NCBI GenBank assembly: GCA_964484555.1
Contig: CAZAHK010000001.1
Span: forward strand, 1 to 56,445
Source of the DNA: an uncultured Desulfobacula sp.
Lineage (GTDB): Bacteria > Desulfobacterota > Desulfobacteria > Desulfobacterales > Desulfobacteraceae
DNA: 56,445 nucleotides
Reading direction: 5' to 3'
Under the pieces are notes generated by a model. That model did no database searches and had not been told where the DNA came from. It was given only the letters and a program-made list of their open reading frames with translations. Numbering within the stretch: the stretch's first letter is position 1; every line of letters starts with the position of its first letter. This document shows, piece after piece, positions 1 to 8,245 of the stretch. The translations under genes were made by a program, and so were the position numbers.

Positions 1-2728
1 CATCGGAAAGGATGATGGTTTGAACGGCATTGTTGGCCGTTCCGTCGCCGTTGGCACCAATAAAAGTGATCCCGTTGCTGGCAGATACGGTAGAGATGTC
101 AATGGTGGCTGCATTTTCATTTGCATTTCTCAAATCACCATCATTATTCACAATAAAAAGTCTATTTCCGGCATCTGTCTGCCCAATAAATCCGTCGGTA
201 ATCTGTACTCTGAAGGTTGTTGCGCCGGCAGCGCCGCCGAGGCGAAGAACATCCACGCCTGTCAGGTTTGTCCATTCAGACGCACCCACAGTAATAGCAG
301 CCGCTCTACCGTCGAGAATGATGGTATCTGTTCCGGTTGACATGGCGACTGAATCGGAAATGGTCAACCCTGAGGTCGGTGATGTAATCCCTGCTGTGTC
401 GGCAAAAATAATCGTATCATTGCCTGTCCCGGTTGTAATGGCCTGATTGGCTGTCCCCACCCGGGCGATAAAGTCACCCACATATGCGCCTGCTGTGATG
501 GTGGGGGTGATCAGAAGCTCACCACCGGCTACACTATTAAACGCATACTGATAGGTTGAAGTTCCATAGGCAGCACTTGCTACGCTCTCAAGAGCTGTTC
601 TCTGTGTACCAACCGGTGCAGCAGTGAAAGCCAGTGAAAGAACTGTCTGGGCATCAGCGGCAATTAGTCCGGTCTGGTCCAGACCGTATCCGTTGGCTGT
701 TCTATCAAGATTAAAGAAATCCCCGGCTTCGCCACCCGTTACTGTAATGGCTGTACTGATGGTTGCAAAGGAATTCAGATCTACTGTATTTGATTCAGTA
801 TCATTATCGGCAATTGTCACGCTGTTTGCTTCGGCTGAAGTCAATTGCATATTGAATCTTGGATCTGTATTGGGTGCATCGGCAAAGGTCAAACCAACCG
901 TATTACTTGCTGCATCTGTTGCAAAATCAACCGTCAGAAGGTTGTTGGCAATGTTGTTATTACCGGTAGTGCCATGCAGATAGGTAATGGCAGCAGCCTG
1001 AGCATCCGTATACGAATTCAGGGTTGTGTTCAGCACTTCTGCAGAAGAAATCCATGCATTGTCTGCTACACTAAATGCCTGGCCTTCGTTGCGGATCAGG
1101 GTAGTGGTCAGATCGCTGAATCTATTGACTGTGGTGGTGTTGACGGTAACGTCATCCTGAGCTGCAGCCGCATCATGACCGGAACGAATTTCAAGGGTCT
1201 GGATATTGTTGATTGCCCCTGAAATAGCGGTAGTCCCATGAATAATAAGGGTGTTGTTCTCGCCTGCGGTTGCGCCGCCATCAATAACATCGCCGGCATC
1301 AATATTGCCGCCCTGAGCAATTCTGAAAATATCATTGCCTGTTCCGCCGGTAACCGCGAAATTTACAGGTACGCCGGAAGTGCCGTCCTGGTTGGCATTC
1401 ATCTCTCCGCCCAGGGTAACGTCCAGAACACCGGTAAATGTAGAAGCATCCAATGTATCCATGGAGCCGGCAACGTTGGCAAAACCGCCTGCATGCCGTG
1501 TAGCTTCAACCTGTGTCAGCAATACCGGGTTAACGGTGCTTGCTGTAGCACCCAGAGTCAGATTCTGGGTTCCGGTAATATTGAGTACCTGAAGATCTTC
1601 GGTCTGCAGAGTACCAATGGAATTGGCAGTGCCGATGGATGACAGGTTAATGGTTTCATAGCCTTGATCCGGAAGAACGCCATTTTCTTCAAAAATCAAC
1701 TGATTGATATTCACACCGGACAGATTAACAGCAACTGAATCTGCAGTGCCGATCAATGCTGAGTCAAGATGGGTGATATCGATAATGGCTGCTGGCGCAT
1801 TGGAATTGGAAATCCCCAGGGTGGTCAGCGGAGTATTGATATTATCCACCTGAGCTACGCCAAGGTCATCGTCAATACGGGTAATATTCAGGGTCGTCAG
1901 GCCGGTGGAATCCTGAAGATCCAGTTGGGCAACCGGCACGTCGAGATCAAAAGAGATATTGATGGTTTCGATGTTTCTAAGTTGCGGCATGATATTAAAA
2001 TCACCAGTTTCCGCATCATTGGAATAGTTAAAGTTCAGGGTCGGGTTTGTCCCGATTCCATTGAGCTCGTCACTGTCATCCAGAGAGTTCATGGTGCTGG
2101 TGCCTGACGGGTTCCATACCCGGGGTGCATCAAAAACATTGGCTGCCGCGAGATCCGGGCTGTTGGTCAGCGTGTAGGTGGAGCCTACCGGATAGCTTCC
2201 GCCAATGCCTTCAGCGTCTGCAAAGGTCAGGTAGTGGGTCAGCGTAGTCATTCCGGCTGCTTGGATAGCGGCACGAACATCATTGATGTTGCTGTTGACT
2301 GTCCAGTTGGTCGGATCTGTGGTCTGGAGCTGTCCGAGCTTTGCGGCCAGATAAGCCTCTTCATTAAAACTGTTTGAAGGGTTCAGACCTTCCATAGATC
2401 CATAGCTCAGGTAATGCAGATACGGATTGGCTCCCCAGATTGATGTAAAAGCGGCGGCAGCTTCAATCAAATTGTTGTAACCACCGGTTGCATACATCTG
2501 GGCTGCTTTTTCAGCAATGTATTCATTAGCATTAAAATACGCATTTGGGGCAAAGCCTTCAGCCCATCCATAGGCCAGGTAATGAGATTCCGGTGTGAAT
2601 CCTACGCTTGCCAGGTATTCCTGGAACTGTGCGGTTGTCATACTGCCGAATTGTGCCGGAGCCGCTGCCTGGGCCTGTGCAAGTTTTGCTTCCAGGTAAT
2701 AAGTTTCATTAAAACCTTGTAATGCCAT
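1..2728 (-). CDS. Large RsaA/SapA-like surface-layer or adhesin protein, probable type I secretion substrate (partial, >=909 aa, 3' end outside the window)
   Basis: Translated by hand. ATG at 2728 follows a GGAGG RBS: MALQGFNETYYLEAKLAQAQ. The same frame reads NAVQTIILSD at the window edge and no stop was seen, which explains its absence from the ORF track. No signal peptide, Thr/Ala/Asn/Asp/Gly-rich, RTX-like TGGTGNDIF and TTGTGNDTII motifs, three N-terminal HYLxYGxxEG-type repeats, adjacent TolC. Confidence 0.8.
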   Translation of the reverse strand, partial: MALQGFNETYYLEAKLAQAQAAAPAQFGSMTTAQFQEYLASVGFTPESHYLAYGWAEGFAPNAYFNANEYIAEKAAQMYATGGYNNLIEAAAAFTSIWGANPYLHYLSYGSMEGLNPSNSFNEEAYLAAKLGQLQTTDPTNWTVNSNINDVRAAIQAAGMTTLTHYLTFADAEGIGGSYPVGSTYTLTNSPDLAAANVFDAPRVWNPSGTSTMNSLDDSDELNGIGTNPTLNFNYSNDAETGDFNIMPQLRNIETINISFDLDVPVAQLDLQDSTGLTTLNITRIDDDLGVAQVDNINTPLTTLGISNSNAPAAIIDITHLDSALIGTADSVAVNLSGVNINQLIFEENGVLPDQGYETINLSSIGTANSIGTLQTEDLQVLNITGTQNLTLGATASTVNPVLLTQVEATRHAGGFANVAGSMDTLDASTFTGVLDVTLGGEMNANQDGTSGVPVNFAVTGGTGNDIFRIAQGGNIDAGDVIDGGATAGENNTLIIHGTTAISGAINNIQTLEIRSGHDAAAAQDDVTVNTTTVNRFSDLTTTLIRNEGQAFSVADNAWISSAEVLNTTLNSYTDAQAAAITYLHGTTGNNNIANNLLTVDFATDAASNTVGLTFADAPNTDPRFNMQLTSAEANSVTIADNDTESNTVDLNSFATISTAITVTGGEAGDFFNLDRTANGYGLDQTGLIAADAQTVLSLAFTAAPVGTQRTALESVASAAYGTSTYQYAFNSVAGGELLITPTITAGAYVGDFIARVGTANQAITTGTGNDTIIFADTAGITSPTSGLTISDSVAMSTGTDTIILDGRAAAITVGASEWTNLTGVDVLRLGGAAGATTFRVQITDGFIGQTDAGNRLFIVNNDGDLRNANENAATIDISTVSASNGITFIGANGDGTANNAVQTIILSD

Positions 2729-2806
2729 CTTTTCTTCCTCCATTAAATTAATTTAATTTTTGTGGCCATGCCACAGCTCGAACTGCTTGTATTGATAAGC
2801 ATACTT

Positions 2807-2835
2807 TCTATATAAAACGAAGTATACATTGTCAA
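2807..2835 (-). promoter_or_regulatory. Putative sigma-70 promoter of the surface protein gene
   Basis: TTGACA-17 bp-TATAGA on the minus strand, about 80 nt upstream of the ATG. Confidence 0.5.
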
Positions 2836-2872
2836 GCCAATTTCTTTTATTTATAACCGTCTTAACCAATTT

Positions 2873-4204
2873 TTAATCTCCGGTTATTATTTTTAATTCA
2901 GCCTTTGCCAGATGATAGTCTAAAATGGCATTGGTTCGGTTTCCCTTGACCTGGGTCAGGCGCTCACCGGCTTTCAAAAGGGCTGGAATGGTTGAAACTC
3001 CTGCCTTGAGACGATGTTCCTCGTTTGCATAATATTCTTCCGACAATTTTAAGGTTTCGCCCGTGCTTAGGAATCGTTGCTCGGCTTCTGACAGGGAAAA
3101 CATGGCTTTTCGAAGCCCGGTAGAGATAAGGCCTTCGGCTTCTATGATCAGAGAATCAATTTTCCGGGCTTCCGTGTCCAGCCGTTTTTTATCGTACCAG
3201 GACCGTCCGCCGTCAAACATCTTCCATGTGGCATAAATACCCGCAGACCAATAGGCATTTTTCTGATCCCGGTCATAGCTTCCCGTGAGTGACTGTGCGT
3301 GCTTGTCGTAATCCCTGTTCTGATCTATATATGACAGATCCAGTTGAATGACCGGGAGATATCCGCCGGCGGCAGCGGCTGAATCTTTTCTCAGCATTTC
3401 CCGCTGGAATTCCAGGCTCTTGATATCGGGACGCTGTTTGAGCGCCAGAGCCATCAGGGTATCGTAATCAAAAACTTCCGGCGAAACAGCATCATAAAAA
3501 TCTCCTGAAAACTCAATTTCCGGTTCCATGGACCGGCCCATGAGCGAAAACAAAACCACCCGTTCCCGGTTCACATTATTTTCGGCGATCCCCAAACGCT
3601 CCTTTGCATCCGACAGATCGACCTTGGCCTGAAGCAGATCAGCGTAGGGAACCAGTTCTTCTTCAAAAAACGATTCAGCAGCCTTGATATTTTCCTGAAG
3701 ACGATTTATGGATTCGTTCATCATCTTCACATCCTGCAGGGCCTTCATGAGTTTATAGAAGGTTGTTTCTATTTTGTAGATTAAATTTAACTGTTCCAGA
3801 TCCTTTTCGGCAATCGCAACCTTCTCCCTTGCCTCGGCCTTTTGATAAGAATTCAAGGTTCTGAATCCTGCGAAGAGAATCTGGGTCAGCTTTATATTAA
3901 AGGTATGAATGTCCTGATCCAGATAATCGGCTTCTGTGGGGCCTTCAGATCTTTCACTGATAATTGTAGAAATGGAATAGCCCGATGACAGAGAGGGCAG
4001 AAAATCGGCCCGGGCAGATTTTATTCCATACCCGGCAGCAGTTACGCTATCCTTTGCCGCTTCAAGGGAAGGATTGTTCTTTAAGCCGGCAGCGACACAA
4101 TCATCCAGGGTCATCAGGGTCTGTCCCGCAAAGACAGGTCTGCTCAGCAAAATAAGAATCAGAACCAGCAACACATGAGCCATTCGCAGTTTCAACAGTT
4201 TCAA
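2873..4204 (-). CDS. TolC-family outer membrane efflux/secretion channel
   Basis: Signal peptide, TLDDCVAAGLKNNPSL, ARADFLPSL, YLPVIQL, WKMFDGG and C-terminal DYHLAKAELKIITG; two OEP repeats. Confidence 0.92.
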   Translation of the reverse strand: MKLLKLRMAHVLLVLILILLSRPVFAGQTLMTLDDCVAAGLKNNPSLEAAKDSVTAAGYGIKSARADFLPSLSSGYSISTIISERSEGPTEADYLDQDIHTFNIKLTQILFAGFRTLNSYQKAEAREKVAIAEKDLEQLNLIYKIETTFYKLMKALQDVKMMNESINRLQENIKAAESFFEEELVPYADLLQAKVDLSDAKERLGIAENNVNRERVVLFSLMGRSMEPEIEFSGDFYDAVSPEVFDYDTLMALALKQRPDIKSLEFQREMLRKDSAAAAGGYLPVIQLDLSYIDQNRDYDKHAQSLTGSYDRDQKNAYWSAGIYATWKMFDGGRSWYDKKRLDTEARKIDSLIIEAEGLISTGLRKAMFSLSEAEQRFLSTGETLKLSEEYYANEEHRLKAGVSTIPALLKAGERLTQVKGNRTNAILDYHLAKAELKIITGD

Positions 4205-4632
4205 CAGGCCTCCGTTTGCAATTTAATCATAACCGATGTCCAGGAATGGATATAGCTATCCGACATCTCCAGGGAACGCAGCACGCTCCAGGATTTCAGA
4301 ATCTCTTCCCATTGCCTGGAAGACAAGGACACCACATTCTCTTGAGCTCCTTGCCCAATGATTCCGCCATTTTCTGAAATGATCTCTTTATAATGTAAAA
4401 TCACCATATCGAAAATTGATCGGATATAAAACAATCTTGCTGCAATCCTCAATGGGAAATCCATCTTTATAGCCCAGGTTCTGAATCCTTCCAGAGATTC
4501 TTCCCGGGATACAGCCAATTGAGCAGTATCCTCTGTGGTACATACCCTGAAAACATGAGCCAGATATTTTCTCAAGATCAGCGGCGTCCCGTCAAACCAT
4601 TGAATGAAAGCACTCCAAGGCGTTTTCATCAT
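4201..4632 (-). CDS. Hypothetical Trp-rich cytoplasmic protein (143 aa)
   Basis: 4-bp overlaps with both neighbours (ATGA, TTGA) indicate translational coupling; no recognised domain. Confidence 0.75.
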   Translation of the reverse strand: MMKTPWSAFIQWFDGTPLILRKYLAHVFRVCTTEDTAQLAVSREESLEGFRTWAIKMDFPLRIAARLFYIRSIFDMVILHYKEIISENGGIIGQGAQENVVSLSSRQWEEILKSWSVLRSLEMSDSYIHSWTSVMIKLQTEAC

Positions 4633-5942
4633 TGATTAATCCCCATTTCCGGTTGAAGGACCAGATCCACAAACAGATCGTTAGTCACATAAATTTCTTT
4701 TTCTGATAAATTCTGGGCCGTTCCGGTCTGGATCACATATTCATTGCCGGTGGAAAGCTCCATAACAAACTGACCTGCGTTATTACTGACTGCTGAAGTT
4801 AATTTTTCAAGAGTCTCCTTGTCATAGACGACCATGAGCCGGTCTGGTGCTTCTTCTCCAGGAGTATAACACCCGTTTTCATCCGTGTCTGTATATACAA
4901 GCCCGTAAATTTTTGCACGAGATGGATCATTTTTCAAACTCATCCCGGATGCAACAGAGAGCTTTGAGAAGATATAGCCTGAATTTGTGAAATAATAGAT
5001 TCCTGTGCCGATATCAGTATAGTCTGGATTAAAAATTGTATTTTTCTCAGGATAGGATTTGATTTCTTCAAGGATCAATGCTGAAAATATCCACAAGCTG
5101 TAATCATCGGCTTCGGTTTCCGGAAAAACCTTGACTATGGAGGATTCTTGCACTCCCTCCCCTGAATAACCAAAACCTAATGCAGAGGCTGAAAAATCAA
5201 TGGAAGACGTCAACCCGGCTTTGGCTGTCAAAGATAGGGCATTGTTCAAAAACAGAGGCGATAATTCCCCTGCCGGCCCGGGAATGTCAAGCGACAGATA
5301 TTCGTAAGCCTGTGTTGAACCGGCCCGCAGTTGGTTGATCATATTGACGATCTGAACTTCTGATGTCAGAAGCGAAGACCCGAAACACAAGGTGATAAAA
5401 TAGGCATTTCTTATGCTGGTTTTTACCTGGGTAGTGCCCACCTTGAATGAGACCCCGATCAGATCATAATCTGAGGAAAGAATAATTCTTTTGCCTTCAT
5501 ATAAAGGATCCAGTTCTTTTTCAAACTGGGAATTAATGACGATGCCAACTGCCTGATCCGAATCCATATAATTAACAAAAGACACCACACCGCCAAAATC
5601 CCCGGTAAATGCGTAATCTGTATGATGCGTGAATTCCGGTTCGCCCCCCACTGAATCTGTATTGTTTAACGCAAAAGCCCTCTGGTTTAAAAAATCAGAG
5701 GAAGAAAACGAATTCATGCCGGGCAGACAGGATTCAATCCAGGGAAGGGTTTGGACCAGGGTGCTGCTGTCATATCCCAGACCTTCTGCATAGAGTTTCG
5801 GATTCTGCCGGATATAATTGACCAGGGCCACAGCATAGTCTTCATCGCCTGTAGAATTTCCGGCCAGACAGATTCCCGGGACCGGGCAAAAGGCGACAAG
5901 CACCCAGAACAGAATTATTTTTATGGTAATCGATTTGATCAT
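4629..5942 (-). CDS. Secreted protein with two CAP/SCP-like repeats and a C-terminal SdrD-B/CnaB-like domain
   Basis: Start moved from 6050 to ATG 5942, which begins a signal peptide (MIKSITIKIILFWVLVAF) and lies downstream of the sigma-54 site. Repeats LVNYIRQNP...ILSSDYDLIGVSF and MINQLRAG...IFNPDYTDIGTGI; GLVYTDTDENGCYTPGEE Ca-binding-type loop. Confidence 0.65.
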   Translation of the reverse strand: MIKSITIKIILFWVLVAFCPVPGICLAGNSTGDEDYAVALVNYIRQNPKLYAEGLGYDSSTLVQTLPWIESCLPGMNSFSSSDFLNQRAFALNNTDSVGGEPEFTHHTDYAFTGDFGGVVSFVNYMDSDQAVGIVINSQFEKELDPLYEGKRIILSSDYDLIGVSFKVGTTQVKTSIRNAYFITLCFGSSLLTSEVQIVNMINQLRAGSTQAYEYLSLDIPGPAGELSPLFLNNALSLTAKAGLTSSIDFSASALGFGYSGEGVQESSIVKVFPETEADDYSLWIFSALILEEIKSYPEKNTIFNPDYTDIGTGIYYFTNSGYIFSKLSVASGMSLKNDPSRAKIYGLVYTDTDENGCYTPGEEAPDRLMVVYDKETLEKLTSAVSNNAGQFVMELSTGNEYVIQTGTAQNLSEKEIYVTNDLFVDLVLQPEMGINQ

Positions 5943-5954
5943 GTGCTGAGCTAT

Positions 5955-5971
5955 AGCAAATTTCATACCAA
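5955..5971 (-). promoter_or_regulatory. Sigma-54 (-24/-12) promoter
   Basis: TTGGTATGAAATTTGCT with exact GG-N10-GC spacing, about 2.3 kb from a sigma-54 activator gene. Confidence 0.7.
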
Positions 5972-6062
5972 AGCGGAGAATCCTTATTTTACGGGCTTTT
6001 CTTTTCGGGTGGCTGGTCATATCCAACCGGACATTGTCAGATCTGGCCAATCCGGCGCAATG

Positions 6063-6195
6063 TCATAGCACCATTGCCTTTTGAAAATCCTCATGGTCAA
6101 AGGCCGCTCGCATAAACTCGAAGGGTTTCCCGGCTTAGTCCTGCCCGGTCGGCAATGATGCTCATCCTCAATCGCCTTCTAAGACGCGCTCTCTT
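6063..6195 (-). pseudogene. Relic of an XRE antitoxin / HipA-type toxin pair with a large internal deletion
   Basis: 6195-6121 reads KRARLRRRLRMSIIADRAGLSRETL (XRE HTH start). 6119-6063, in another frame, reads EFMRAAFDHEDFQKAMVL* (resembles HipA-family C-termini). Confidence 0.55.
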
Positions 6196-6220
6196 GAATC
6201 CCTTGAATTTCCTTGAACGC

Positions 6221-8245
6221 TTACCATTTATATTTAAAAATAATTCCGGCGTTAAAAGACTCTCTATTGTGCCCGGATGCAGCATCAAACGTCCCAAACC
6301 GGGTGCTGAAGATGTTGTTGACAAACAGGTCGATGTCGCTAAATTTCCCGGTGTTGATACGGAGGCGCAGGTTGAACAGCCATGCATCCGGATATTTCCG
6401 GGTTTCATCACTTACCGAATAGTATAGCTCGCGATCGGAAAAATATTTGACCTGCGGGATCAGCTTGATATTCTCCGTTATTTTCCAGATCCCGCTTAAA
6501 TTAAGGATAGTATCCGATCCGGTATCATACCGGTGAGTCAATCTCTCATAATGCTTTTGCTCATTTCCGTCATCATCAAAATAGGTATAATCATTGAACA
6601 GGAAGACCTCATCCGGCCCGTCATTGCTCAAAAAAGTGGCGTTCCCGGAAAAAGACAAATTGTCCGTGGCTTCAAATTCCCATTCCAGTTCGATGCCATC
6701 AATGGTCTGGTGGTTCGGCAAAGAAACGCCGGCGCCTTCATACCGGTCTCCCAGGACGTGATTATCAATATCGTTCCGGAATGCCGTCACGGAAAACAGA
6801 TTCTGTTTGTTGGGTTTGTACTGGAGCTGGACATTGAAATTTTTAATCTGCTCAAGCCGGCTTTCCGTGTTTTCATCCAGTTGTTTGGCAAAGGGTGTTC
6901 GATACCCCGAACCATAGCTGGTCTTGAGGATGAATTCAGGAGAGATCGACCATGCCGCACCTGAACTGAAACTGGTTTTATCCTGAAATTTTTTATGATT
7001 GTCGTTCCTCAAACCCACCCAGAATTCGATGTTCTCAATTTTGTGGCGATATTGGCTGAAAACGGAAAGCAAGCTGTTGTCATAGTCTTTCTGGGAAAAG
7101 GGCGGAAGGAAATAAAGGTTCCCGGAGGTCAGGTATCCCGGGAAAAAGCTATTCCATACCAGGATATCATCATAATGGTCTTCTTTATAAGAGGTCCCCA
7201 CCGTCAACAAGGCATCGGAAGAAAAAAGAGACCGTTCATAAATCAGCTCACCGAAAACGGAATATTCCTCCTGGTCAAACTGACGGTCAATGACTGATTT
7301 TTCGAGTTCTACATCTGAGTAGTAACCTGTAAACCGGACACCCGAGTCAATACCGATCTCTTTTTTTGCCTCCAACTTGAACAGCTTTGTATGGTAAGCT
7401 TTTTCTTCCTCCCAGATGTGTTCGCGTTCCCAGTCGGTTACGGAAAAAGCCTTGCGGCTGTCCGACAATTTTGCTGAAAGAACAAGCCAGTCTGAAACCG
7501 AAACATTGCCGTATACCTCCAGATAGTGAGAATCATCCGGCGTACTGTTTCCAAACCGTTCATCGGCCGGAGATGGCGTAAGACCGTCATTCCAGAACCG
7601 GAGCACATTGATATCCGAATCATCTTCCGTGGCCTGACGGGCGGAAAGAGAAAAAAAGGAGGCCCAGTTCCCCTTCTCTTTTCCGTATCGGAGGTATGCC
7701 TGTTTGCCCTGGTCGGAAGAAGACAGGGCCACCCCGGTCTCTATCCCTGAAAAATCCTTTCCGGTAAACGGTACGGCATTCACAACACCGGCAAAGGCGT
7801 CCGGCCCCCACAGAACCGACCCTGCCCCTCTTATGATTTCAATCCGTTTTACAGAAGCAAGGGATGTTTCATAATCCATAAAATGATTGGATTTATCGGC
7901 CCCGGACATCATGGGAACCGTATCATATAATACCAGGGCTGAATTGGGTATACCCCTTAAATAGGGAATTGATCCATCCCGGGTTGTTTCAACATGAAAG
8001 CCGGCAGTTCCGTCCAGGGCTTCGGAAATGGTCTGTGCACCGGAATCCTGGATGTCTTTCAATGTGATCACCTTGGCAATGGCCGGTGCACTCCAGGCAG
8101 CTTCTTCCTTTCTGGAGGCGATGGAAAGGACATCCAGATCCTCTCCGACAAACATCAGCATGGTATCCGAGGCATTCACCGGATAGACGGATGTCACCGT
8201 CATAAGGATCATGATCACAATTTTGATGTAAGTTCTGAATGCCAT
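6221..8245 (-). CDS. TonB-dependent receptor
   Basis: Signal peptide, plug motifs SIASRKEE..SAPAIAKVIT and KRIEIIRGAGSVLWGPDAFAGVVN, beta-barrel ending in aromatic FKYKW. Confidence 0.92.
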   Translation of the reverse strand: MAFRTYIKIVIMILMTVTSVYPVNASDTMLMFVGEDLDVLSIASRKEEAAWSAPAIAKVITLKDIQDSGAQTISEALDGTAGFHVETTRDGSIPYLRGIPNSALVLYDTVPMMSGADKSNHFMDYETSLASVKRIEIIRGAGSVLWGPDAFAGVVNAVPFTGKDFSGIETGVALSSSDQGKQAYLRYGKEKGNWASFFSLSARQATEDDSDINVLRFWNDGLTPSPADERFGNSTPDDSHYLEVYGNVSVSDWLVLSAKLSDSRKAFSVTDWEREHIWEEEKAYHTKLFKLEAKKEIGIDSGVRFTGYYSDVELEKSVIDRQFDQEEYSVFGELIYERSLFSSDALLTVGTSYKEDHYDDILVWNSFFPGYLTSGNLYFLPPFSQKDYDNSLLSVFSQYRHKIENIEFWVGLRNDNHKKFQDKTSFSSGAAWSISPEFILKTSYGSGYRTPFAKQLDENTESRLEQIKNFNVQLQYKPNKQNLFSVTAFRNDIDNHVLGDRYEGAGVSLPNHQTIDGIELEWEFEATDNLSFSGNATFLSNDGPDEVFLFNDYTYFDDDGNEQKHYERLTHRYDTGSDTILNLSGIWKITENIKLIPQVKYFSDRELYYSVSDETRKYPDAWLFNLRLRINTGKFSDIDLFVNNIFSTRFGTFDAASGHNRESFNAGIIFKYKW

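Noticed and set aside
20-2107. Several plus-strand ORFs of 85-138 aa
   Set aside because: Antisense shadows of the long minus-strand surface-protein frame; no recognisable motifs
5943-6050. N-terminal extension of the 473-aa ORF
   Set aside because: It overlaps the sigma-54 promoter and putative enhancer; the signal peptide begins at 5942
6097-6411. 104-aa minus-strand ORF as an intact gene
   Set aside because: The first part overlaps the receptor gene out of frame; only the HTH fragment is meaningful and is treated as a relic
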